Below are positions 16,146-23,772 of a stretch of 23,772 nucleotides of DNA, one piece after another. The first letter of the stretch is position 1. Every line of letters starts with the position of its first letter. Both the position numbers and the translations under genes were made by a program. The DNA is from Candidatus Hodarchaeota archaeon (lineage in GTDB: Archaea; Asgardarchaeota; Heimdallarchaeia; Hodarchaeales; Hodarchaeaceae), in assembly GCA_016839785.1 (NCBI GenBank), contig JAEOTQ010000099.1:1-23772 (forward strand), in the 5' to 3' direction. A model generated the notes under the pieces. The model was given only the letters and a program-made list of their open reading frames with translations. It searched no databases and was not told the DNA's origin.

Positions 16146-17234
16146 ATGAAATACAGAAATTATGTAATAAAGCGCTTAATTTTATTAATTCCAATGCTAT
16201 TTGGAATAAGTTTTATTACATGGTATCTCAGCGATATTGCTGGCGATCCCCTTGCTCCTTACGTTTCCCCAAATCAATTACCACTACCTGAAGAACTAGA
16301 AGCTGAATTACGAGAAAGATATGGCTTGAACAGACCCTGGCCTGTTCGATACATGGAATATATGCTTAATTTGCTATCAGGGGATTGGGGAAATAGCTAT
16401 GCTCTGGGGAATCGCGGCATTCCAGTCATGTCACTTCTTCAGACAGCTTTTCCAGCATCCATTGAATTAGGTCTGACTGCTATGGTCATTGCATTAATTG
16501 TAGGGGTCCCAGCTGGAATATATACTGCAAGAACGAAACGTCCAAAATTAAAAACTTTTGTCAATGGAGTATCTATTACTGGAATGGCAATTCCTTCATT
16601 TCTCCTAGCGATTATCGTCCAGTACTTAATAGTACAATTATTTCTTGGCTTAGGAAGGACATTTCATGATTCTTACATCATGAATTGGGCACCGTACCAT
16701 TACCGATATAATATCTGGCAATTGGCATATCCAAGGCGTATCTTGTTTGGTTTATTACCAACCACAGGATTTCTTCTGATCGATAGCCTTCTTGCGCCAG
16801 ATTTAGTTTTATTTATCGATGGATTTTTTCATTTAATTACGCCAGCATTAATTATTGCTGTTTCACAAATTCTAATAATCACTCGAATCACAAGAAATGC
16901 GATGGTAGAGGTTTTAAAAGAGGATTACATTCTACTTGCTAAAGCGAAAGGCCTACCAGAAAGAATTATTATTTACCGGCATGCACTTAAGAATGCGGCA
17001 ATACAAGTAACAACTATTGTAAGTTTAGTGCTTGCAAACTTGTTGAGTGGAGTAATATTCGTTGAAGTCGTCTTTAGCTGGCCAGGTCTGGGAATGTTTA
17101 TGTTAGCAGGTGTCAAGAGTCTTGATATGCCCACTATTAATGGATTTGTTGTATTTTCCACGCTTCTTTACGTTTTCATCAATTTAGCTGTTGATATTCT
17201 CTATGGTTTGATAGATCCGAGAATAAGAACATAA
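16146..17234 (+). CDS. oppB: Peptide ABC transporter permease, OppB/DppB type (paralogue 2)
   Basis: YVIKRLILLIPMLFG, GDP, YGLNRP, GDWGNS, FPASIEL, EAA loop LAKAKGL..HALKNA, EVVFSWPGLG and DPRIR. Confidence 0.93.
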   Translation: MKYRNYVIKRLILLIPMLFGISFITWYLSDIAGDPLAPYVSPNQLPLPEELEAELRERYGLNRPWPVRYMEYMLNLLSGDWGNSYALGNRGIPVMSLLQTAFPASIELGLTAMVIALIVGVPAGIYTARTKRPKLKTFVNGVSITGMAIPSFLLAIIVQYLIVQLFLGLGRTFHDSYIMNWAPYHYRYNIWQLAYPRRILFGLLPTTGFLLIDSLLAPDLVLFIDGFFHLITPALIIAVSQILIITRITRNAMVEVLKEDYILLAKAKGLPERIIIYRHALKNAAIQVTTIVSLVLANLLSGVIFVEVVFSWPGLGMFMLAGVKSLDMPTINGFVVFSTLLYVFINLAVDILYGLIDPRIRT

Positions 17235-17264
17235 AAAAAAATAGAAGGCAATTTCAACTCTCTG

Positions 17265-17522
17265 TTATGCAGGAGACTGAAATTGATGGAAAAATACCGA
17301 AAGAAGAAATAGAATCGCCATGATTATGAGTAGAGGGAGAAATACTGTTTGGATGAGTGCAATAAAGAGGGCGATGTAATCTTTGAAGTCAAGTTCAGCA
17401 CCAGCGAGATCAGTATCCGTATGTTCTGATGTAAGGCTTAAATATTGCGGATTCACTGGCGCTGCAAGAAACGGATCGTTTGTGGGAAGTGATAGTTCCT
17501 TTTTTTTCTGATCATCACTCAT
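17265..17522 (-). CDS. Small membrane protein, last gene of the opp operon
   Basis: ATG 17522 follows a GAGGT SD-like motif, 17 nt after the oppF stop. It has a hydrophilic N-terminus followed by ELDFKDYIALFIALIQTVFLPLLIIMAILFLL. Confidence 0.7.
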   Translation of the reverse strand: MSDDQKKKELSLPTNDPFLAAPVNPQYLSLTSEHTDTDLAGAELDFKDYIALFIALIQTVFLPLLIIMAILFLLSVFFHQFQSPA

Positions 17523-17539
17523 AAGGATCAACCTCTAGT

Positions 17540-18577
17540 TTATTCTCTGAAATGGCAGGAGATATAATGGGAGGCTTCTGTTTTTTTCAATTCAGGTACT
17601 TTTTCTGCACAAATCTGCCTTGCTTCGGGACATCTAGTATGAAAACGACATCCTGGAGGGGGATTTGCTGGGTTGGGGACATCACCACGAAGGATAATCT
17701 GCTTTTTCTCGTATAAAGGATCAGGAATAGGTAATGCGGATCCAAGTGCTAAGGTATAAGGATGTACCTCGGCACTTTTAAGAGTAAAAATGCGTTTTGG
17801 ACCGATTTCCAAGATTTTACCAAGGTACATTACCATAACGACGTCACTCATATGAGTAACAACAGATAAATCGTGGGAAATAAACATGTACGTCAGGTTA
17901 CGTAATTGTTGCAGTCTTTTCAGCAAATTTAAAACACGTGCTTGCACTGAAACATCAACTGAAGCTGTAGGTTCATCCAAAACAACAAAATGAGGATTCA
18001 AGACCAATGCACGTGCGATACAAACACGTTGCCGTTGACCACCACTGAACTCATGTGGGAATCTATTTAGATGTTCAAGATCTAACCCTACTTCTCTCAT
18101 TACTCTGAGAATATAATTGTTGATTTGTCTCTTCCGCATTGTCTTATGAACTAGCATAGGTTCCCTTAAAATATTTTTGACCATCATTCTAGGATTTAAG
18201 CTTGCATATGGATCTTGGAATACAATCTGCATCTCTCTACGAACCCTGCGAAACCTTCGAAGACTCATTTGGGCGATATTTTCTCCTTCGAAATAAATTT
18301 CACCAGAAGTAGGTTCACTTAATCGCAAAATTGTTCTCCCGAGCGTCGTTTTTCCACAACCAGATTCACCTACAACACCAATAGTCTTCCCTCTGGGAAT
18401 ATCAAACGTAACGTCATCTACTGCATGAACATGACCGACAACTCGAGATAAAATTCCACTAGTTATTGGGAAGAATTTTACCAAGTTTCTTACAGACAAG
18501 ATATTCTCCGCGTCACTATCTGTTTCTGGGCTAATGTCGCTTTGGGATTGATTTTCACTTGTACTCATTTTTTTCAC
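17540..18577 (-). CDS. oppF: Oligopeptide ABC ATP-binding protein (OppF/DppF)
   Basis: GESGCGKTT, VFQDPYASLNPR, FPHEFSGGQRQR, VVLDEPT, FISHDL and PPGCRFHTRC. The start is either GTG 18577 (overlapping the oppD stop) or ATG 18568. Confidence 0.95.
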   Translation of the reverse strand: MKKMSTSENQSQSDISPETDSDAENILSVRNLVKFFPITSGILSRVVGHVHAVDDVTFDIPRGKTIGVVGESGCGKTTLGRTILRLSEPTSGEIYFEGENIAQMSLRRFRRVRREMQIVFQDPYASLNPRMMVKNILREPMLVHKTMRKRQINNYILRVMREVGLDLEHLNRFPHEFSGGQRQRVCIARALVLNPHFVVLDEPTASVDVSVQARVLNLLKRLQQLRNLTYMFISHDLSVVTHMSDVVMVMYLGKILEIGPKRIFTLKSAEVHPYTLALGSALPIPDPLYEKKQIILRGDVPNPANPPPGCRFHTRCPEARQICAEKVPELKKTEASHYISCHFRE

Positions 18578-19611
18578 ACCTTTCCTTCATATTCACGTTG
18601 CTTAACATGGCAATGAACCCAATGTTCAGGAAGCACTTTGACCAATTTTGGCCTTTCTTGGGCACAAATATCCTCTTTTAAGGGGCAACGAGGATGGAAT
18701 CTACAACCTGATGGAGGATTCACTAGATTAGGAACTACTCCGTCAATAGAATCCAAGAGGTCCTTCGGTTTGTGAAGTAGGGGAATAGATCTTAACAAAC
18801 CTTGAGTATATGGATGAATAGGATCAACGAATAATGCTTTGGTTTCTGCCACTTCTGCAATCTGTCCTCCATATAAGACAGCTACACGGTCACACATTTC
18901 AGCTACTATTCCTAGATTATGTGTAACGAAGATTAGTGTTCGCCCCAGATCTTTTTTCAGTTTATTTAATAAATTGAGAATTTGTGCCTGAATAGTTACG
19001 TCTAGAGCGGTGGTGGCTTCATCAGCTATGATAATATCAGGATCTGCTGCAATAGACATTGCAATTAAAACTCTTTGTCTCATTCCTCCTGAAAGCTCAT
19101 GAGGATATCGTTTAAATAACTCAGCAGCGTCAGGAAGTTTGACTAAGTCAAAAATTTCAACCACTTTTTCTTTTAAGTATTTTGATAGTTTCTTTTTGTT
19201 GTCTAAAATATCCTTTTGGATTTTTTGGTGAATTAGAAACATCTCAGAAACTTGTTCACCAATTTGAATAACTGGGTTAAGAAAAGTCATGGGATCCTGA
19301 AAGATCATCGTCATTTTGGCACCACGTAATTTCCGAATTTCTTTTTCTTTGAGTTTTAAGACATCATTACCTTTGTAGAAAATCTCACCCTCGACAATCT
19401 TACCTGGTTCTTCAATTAATCTCATTACAGATCTGACGGTAACGGATTTTCCACACCCTGTTTCTCCAACTAATCCAAAGCTTTCTCCTTTATAGATAGA
19501 AAGATCTATCCCATCTAGAGCTTTCACGACGCCTTCGTACGTGTAGAAGTTTACTTTCAGGTTCTTGATATCCAGAATTACATCTTGAGTATTTGCTGTT
19601 GCTTCTGTCAT
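18574..19611 (-). CDS. oppD: Oligopeptide ABC ATP-binding protein (OppD/DppD)
   Basis: GETGCGKS, IFQDPM, YPHELSGGMRQR, IIADEATTALD, VTHN and HPYT...GCRFHPRC. Confidence 0.95.
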   Translation of the reverse strand: MTEATANTQDVILDIKNLKVNFYTYEGVVKALDGIDLSIYKGESFGLVGETGCGKSVTVRSVMRLIEEPGKIVEGEIFYKGNDVLKLKEKEIRKLRGAKMTMIFQDPMTFLNPVIQIGEQVSEMFLIHQKIQKDILDNKKKLSKYLKEKVVEIFDLVKLPDAAELFKRYPHELSGGMRQRVLIAMSIAADPDIIIADEATTALDVTIQAQILNLLNKLKKDLGRTLIFVTHNLGIVAEMCDRVAVLYGGQIAEVAETKALFVDPIHPYTQGLLRSIPLLHKPKDLLDSIDGVVPNLVNPPSGCRFHPRCPLKEDICAQERPKLVKVLPEHWVHCHVKQREYEGKV

Positions 19612-19632
19612 TATTTTTAGCTCCTTTGTCTC

Positions 19633-21549
19633 CTATCGACGTAGTTTAGGATCCATAACGTCCCTAACTCCATCACCAACAAGATTAAACGCAAGGACTA
19701 TCAGAAATATAAATATTCCCGGGAAGAATACTAGCCATGGTGCTGAAAGGAAATACTGTCTTCCAGAAGAAATCATAATTCCTAGTTCTGCATCACCAGG
19801 TTGAGCTCCGAATCCAATGAAACTAAGTCCTGCTGCTGTAAGAACCACACCGCCAAGATCAAGAGTAGCGGCAACAAGCAGTGGATAAATGCTGTTAGGT
19901 AAGATGTGTCTAAATAAGATTCGCATGTCACCCATACCGATAGATCTAGCTGCCTCTACGTATAAACGATTTTTCTCGCTAATAACCTGCCCCCGCGCAA
20001 TACGTGCGTAACCAGACCACCAAACTATAATCATAGCGATAGAAAGATTGAATAAATTCGGGCCTAATGCGGCTGCTATTGACATGGCAAGAATAAGACC
20101 AGGAAATGCGAAAAAGATATCCGTAATCCGCATCATCAGATTATCCACCCATCCGCCGAAATAACCTGCTAAACCTCCAATTATTGTTCCAACAACTGCG
20201 GCAACAGATACTATCCAGACGGCAAGGAAAAAATCAGTACGTAATGCCCAACAAATCCTACTCCATATATCTCCACCTTGTTCATCCGTTCCTAGTAAGT
20301 GAAATCTTCCATCAACTTCATAGTATTGGAAATTGTAGATTACCGATCCATTATTTGCGAATATTATTAGATCACTTGCGTTATCTCCAGTAAAATCAGT
20401 CCATCGAAAATCTAAAAATGGTTCTTCTGGGAGGGCAGGAAATTCAAATAACACCGAGGCTTCACTTTTATCTAGTGGAAGGAATTGTGGATCCTTTACA
20501 ACACTTGATGCAGTATAATATTCATACTTACCAGAATCAAACATTAATATCATATCTGGTCGTTGATCGTTGTTAATGAAAGCAAAATAAATCCTCAATG
20601 ATCCTGTTGTTGCTGTTGTTGGATTTATTTCTAGAATTTTTCCAGTCACATTTTTGGGTCCATAAGGTACTGGTTTACCAGCCCAGTTGTATGTAAGAAC
20701 TCCAAAAGAATAATGTGTTCGATTTCCTCTATTCATATACGTATAAATTTGATAGCGACCTGTATTCGCGTCAATGTCTGATGTAACTATGAGATCCAAT
20801 AAATGCGATCCATTATCATACGTTTTTTCCTCTCCGGAATCAAAATCAATGAGAGAAGGACTTGCTTGACCAGTAAAATTAAACATTTGACCAGCTGAAT
20901 TATTAAGAATGGAGAAAGCTGTCCAAGCTGGTGTCGCGGGGGTTCCTTTATTCAGACTAACATAGAGATGTCCATCGTCACCACCAATTATGACATCAGT
21001 GTCATTGTCCCCATCTAGATCTCCAGCAGTAGGAACAACTCTGGTTACACCTTCAGGAATGGGCATATCAAAGTAATCATCTCTCAATTCCCAATTAAGT
21101 TTTTCTTCAGTTGCTCCTCTGTTTTCAAAGAAGAGCAAGGAGGCTTCCGATGTATCTGTGCTCGCTGTCCCTACCATGAAATCATCTAATGAATTATTCG
21201 TAAAATCAGCAACCCAAGTTCGTGCTTTGAGATCAGGGTCAAGATCGAAATCACCGCTCAATGAAGAGTAACCTGTCCATTTCAAAGTCGTTCTCTCATC
21301 AGTAGTAAAAGGGGGTTCATTCATGATTCTAATATCAAATTCTCTGGGACCATAACTTGCGATAATTGGTGCAAAGATAGCTAACGCTAAAAGGAAAACT
21401 ATCACAATAAAACCAATTATAAAGAGAGGACTTTTACGTAAAAGAGAAATGGCATACCTGATTTCTTTCCAGCGTGCTTTAAGTGATACTCTGAATGAGA
21501 AAACGTCTTCGTGAATTTCTTCGCCTAAGTATTCTGTATCTGATACCAT
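19633..21549 (-). CDS. oppC: Peptide ABC permease OppC/DppC type with a large extracellular FG-GAP/VCBS-repeat insertion
   Basis: OppC N-terminal TM (AIFAPII), HLLGTD..G.DIWSR, MRITDIF.AFP, YVEAARSIG...HILPN and AFNLVGDGVRDVMDP. At 638 aa it is about twice the usual ~300. The insert carries D-x-[TDN]-x-[DN]-x-x-x-D repeats. Confidence 0.92.
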   Translation of the reverse strand: MVSDTEYLGEEIHEDVFSFRVSLKARWKEIRYAISLLRKSPLFIIGFIVIVFLLALAIFAPIIASYGPREFDIRIMNEPPFTTDERTTLKWTGYSSLSGDFDLDPDLKARTWVADFTNNSLDDFMVGTASTDTSEASLLFFENRGATEEKLNWELRDDYFDMPIPEGVTRVVPTAGDLDGDNDTDVIIGGDDGHLYVSLNKGTPATPAWTAFSILNNSAGQMFNFTGQASPSLIDFDSGEEKTYDNGSHLLDLIVTSDIDANTGRYQIYTYMNRGNRTHYSFGVLTYNWAGKPVPYGPKNVTGKILEINPTTATTGSLRIYFAFINNDQRPDMILMFDSGKYEYYTASSVVKDPQFLPLDKSEASVLFEFPALPEEPFLDFRWTDFTGDNASDLIIFANNGSVIYNFQYYEVDGRFHLLGTDEQGGDIWSRICWALRTDFFLAVWIVSVAAVVGTIIGGLAGYFGGWVDNLMMRITDIFFAFPGLILAMSIAAALGPNLFNLSIAMIIVWWSGYARIARGQVISEKNRLYVEAARSIGMGDMRILFRHILPNSIYPLLVAATLDLGGVVLTAAGLSFIGFGAQPGDAELGIMISSGRQYFLSAPWLVFFPGIFIFLIVLAFNLVGDGVRDVMDPKLRR

Positions 21550-21572
21550 TAGTATAACCTCATATCACTCCA

Positions 21573-22658
21573 TTAGTCAAATCGGATTCGCGGGTCGACT
21601 ACAGCGTAGAGAATATCTACAGCTAAATTGCTTAGTACATAGATCAACGCCGTGATGATAACAAAACCTTGAATAGCTGCCGTGTCGAGTACTGAGACCG
21701 ATTCTACTGCCCACCAACCTAAACCTGGCCAATCAAAGACTGTTTCAGTAAGTACTGCTCCAGTCATTAATCCCGCAAGAGCTAATCCAGCTACGGTCAA
21801 TGTAGGAATAATTGCATTGCGTAAGGCGTGTCGATATATAATTACACGCTCGGTTAATCCTTTAGATCTGGCCAAAAGGATAAAATCCTTTTTCATTGTT
21901 TCTAACATTGCCATTCTCGTCATTCTAGTTATAATTGCCATTTGTACCCATGATAAACAGAATGATGGGGCAAAAATATGTAAAAATACATCAAAGAATA
22001 AGGGTATGTCGAAGTTCAGCAACGAGTCTATCAATAGAAACCCTGTTGCACCAAAATTTCCAAATAATATGGTTCGGGGAACTACGTATTTATTTAATGT
22101 CAACCGCTCATGATAAGGTATATTGAAAGGAAGATTTGCTCCATCCATGAAAACATTGAAGTTGAATAAGATGATTTGGACCATCAATCCAAGCCAAAAT
22201 ATAGGCATTGATACTCCACTTAAGGCTGTTATCCGTGATACTTGATCTGCCATTTTATCCTTTTTTATAGCCGATATTATTCCCAAGGGTACTCCTATCG
22301 CTATTGCTAAAATCATAGAATATACAGCTAGTTCAGCAGAAGCTGGAAATCTATCTGCAATGATCTCGAGCACCGGTTGGTTCTGTAAAGTTGGGGAACG
22401 TCCCCAATCACCCTGCAAGAGGCGTGTGAGGTAGATCCAAAAACGGTCTAGAATTGGTTTATCTAATCCTAATTGTACTCTTAATTGTTCGATCCTTTCA
22501 GGAGGAGTTTTATCAAGAGCTGTACCAATATAAGCGGCTACAGGATCGCCCACACTATCACTTAAAATAAATGTAACAATGCTAACCCCAAAAAGAACTG
22601 GGATTAACAGAATCAATCTTTTAAAAATATATTCTCTAAGCTTCATATATTCAACCAC
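21573..22658 (-). CDS. oppB: Peptide ABC transporter permease, OppB/DppB type (paralogue 1)
   Basis: YIFKRLILLIPVLFG, GLDKP, GDWGRS, FPASAEL, SMPIFW, LARSKGL..HALRNA, TETVFDWPGLG and DPRIR. The start is GTG 22658 or ATG 22646. Confidence 0.94.
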   Translation of the reverse strand: MVEYMKLREYIFKRLILLIPVLFGVSIVTFILSDSVGDPVAAYIGTALDKTPPERIEQLRVQLGLDKPILDRFWIYLTRLLQGDWGRSPTLQNQPVLEIIADRFPASAELAVYSMILAIAIGVPLGIISAIKKDKMADQVSRITALSGVSMPIFWLGLMVQIILFNFNVFMDGANLPFNIPYHERLTLNKYVVPRTILFGNFGATGFLLIDSLLNFDIPLFFDVFLHIFAPSFCLSWVQMAIITRMTRMAMLETMKKDFILLARSKGLTERVIIYRHALRNAIIPTLTVAGLALAGLMTGAVLTETVFDWPGLGWWAVESVSVLDTAAIQGFVIITALIYVLSNLAVDILYAVVDPRIRFD

Positions 22659-22883
22659 ATTACGTATACTAACTCCTTATTTCATGTAGTGTTTGAGCGG
22701 GAATTCGAGAGCTAGTATATAATTTGGAAATTAATAACCCAATTGACCCAGTACAAATCGTAACTAGGCTTTTTAATGCATGCTTCTAATTTCCTTAATA
22801 TAGTTATCATTTATGCAGCTTTTCAAATGTCATCTGAGCACTTTAAACAATTGTTAAAAGAATTTAAGGGTGTACCTATTACT

Positions 22884-23414
22884 TTAGCTAGGTAAGAAAA
22901 GTTTATTTCGCAATTTAATAAGATAATAAACTCCGACTGCTACTATTACTGGGCCTAAAATAGAAAAATAGAATCCAATACCCAGACCGAGACTTTCTCC
23001 AGAACCTACCTCAAGGATGGCGAGTATCGATTCTACGATATCATAAATTGTAAAACCAAGACCAATCACCGAACAGATAACCGAACTGACTATGAAAAAA
23101 ATGAGTCTTTCAAATTTTTTACTCGCTTTCTCCTTATTTTTGGGAATCGCTTTGCTATATGAATATAAACCAATTGAAGTTGTAATAGCTAGCAAGTTAC
23201 CTATGGCTTGAGGAATAGATTCAATATATGAAAGACTAAATACATCAAAAGTGAGTGAGATACCAGATCCAGAATAGTTATAGATTATGAGATAAGGTAA
23301 TGTAAGTCCTATAAATCCAAGAAAGCCACCCCCAGCAATTAATCCGACGATTATATTTCGCGCCTTCTTATCTTCAAATTGATCGAGCATTTGTATACCA
23401 TTTTGAAGAATCAT
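22884..23414 (-). CDS. Hypothetical 4-TM membrane protein
   Basis: 176-aa ORF with four hydrophobic segments and a basic C-terminus. An alternative start is ATG 23390. Confidence 0.7.
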   Translation of the reverse strand: MILQNGIQMLDQFEDKKARNIIVGLIAGGGFLGFIGLTLPYLIIYNYSGSGISLTFDVFSLSYIESIPQAIGNLLAITTSIGLYSYSKAIPKNKEKASKKFERLIFFIVSSVICSVIGLGFTIYDIVESILAILEVGSGESLGLGIGFYFSILGPVIVAVGVYYLIKLRNKLFLPS

Positions 23415-23525
23415 ATCTAACGTACATAAATATGATTATACTCAATTAAGGAAAAGTTGTATTCCTTTTAAGTTGGTGAAGGAAGAGAAGTTCTTTTACC
23501 TTTATCGAACCATCAAAGGCTTTTT

Positions 23526-23771
23526 TTAAAGACAAATCCAGAAATAAAACACATATTCCGGAAAATACATGATTCGAGTATCCGAGGGAATATGAATATG
23601 ATTGCCTTTCCACTCATCTTGATCAGTATCCCCTGTCTCATAGATAAATCCACAGGTGTCATAAGCAATCCAATCATTGATTTTCTCAACATAATATGTT
23701 TTAACAACCTGTGCTGTTCCAACAGATTCATACCATGTGAGTCCAGCAGAAATTTCTCCCTGATCATCAAG
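23526..23771 (-). CDS. C-terminal part of a hypothetical protein entering from the right edge (not in the ORF track)
   Basis: The frame is open from the window edge: LDDQGEISAGLTWYESVGTAQVVKTYYVEKINDWIAYDTCGFIYETGDTDQDEWKGNHIHIPSDTRIMYFPEYVFYFWICL*. Its composition is more protein-like than the listed 23513..23770 ORF. Confidence 0.6.
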   Translation of the reverse strand, partial: LDDQGEISAGLTWYESVGTAQVVKTYYVEKINDWIAYDTCGFIYETGDTDQDEWKGNHIHIPSDTRIMYFPEYVFYFWICL

Positions 23772-23772
23772 A

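Noticed and set aside
20308-21306. OppC insertion as a possible intein or mobile element
   Set aside because: There are no Cys/Ser…His-Asn splice motifs, LAGLIDADG motifs or terminal repeats. It contains Ca-binding repeats and sequons instead.
9673-22126. Short ORFs at 9673, 13927, 14535, 14809, 16973, 20184, 21682 and 21935
   Set aside because: All are nested within confidently identified transporter genes, either antisense or in an alternative frame.
23513-23770. ORF-track 85-aa minus-strand ORF
   Set aside because: Its composition is odd (Met-rich) and it overlaps a more plausible frame that is open from the window edge.
1-23772. tRNA, rRNA, CRISPR, transposase, integrase or defence genes
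   Set aside because: No GC-rich structured RNA segments, repeat arrays or recognisable motifs were found by eye.

Overview
This is an AT-rich archaeal-type window with no RNA genes, CRISPR arrays or mobile elements. Archaeal signals include GGTGA/GAGGT Shine-Dalgarno-like motifs, a BRE/TATA-like promoter, oligo-T terminators, a PGF-type C-terminal sorting signal and many N-glycosylation sequons. An Asgard (Heimdallarchaeia-like) origin is my inference, not established. The left half holds a partial acetoacetate-CoA ligase, a DUF302 protein, a GNAT, a nitroreductase, a 1156-aa SNAP/TPR-like alpha-solenoid, an ArsB/NhaD/SLC13-type permease, an orphan FtsX/MacB-type ABC permease and a protein with a degenerate PD-(D/E)xK-like motif. 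The right half (about 11.4-22.7 kb) is an unusual Opp/Dpp peptide ABC locus spread over several transcription units. It has one tethered substrate-binding protein, two OppB paralogues, three ATPases (one with a deviant LSHGQ signature and an N-terminal insertion) and a small accessory membrane protein. The most striking element is an OppC permease carrying a ~330-aa extracellular insertion of five FG-GAP/VCBS (integrin-alpha-like, Ca2+-binding) repeats.
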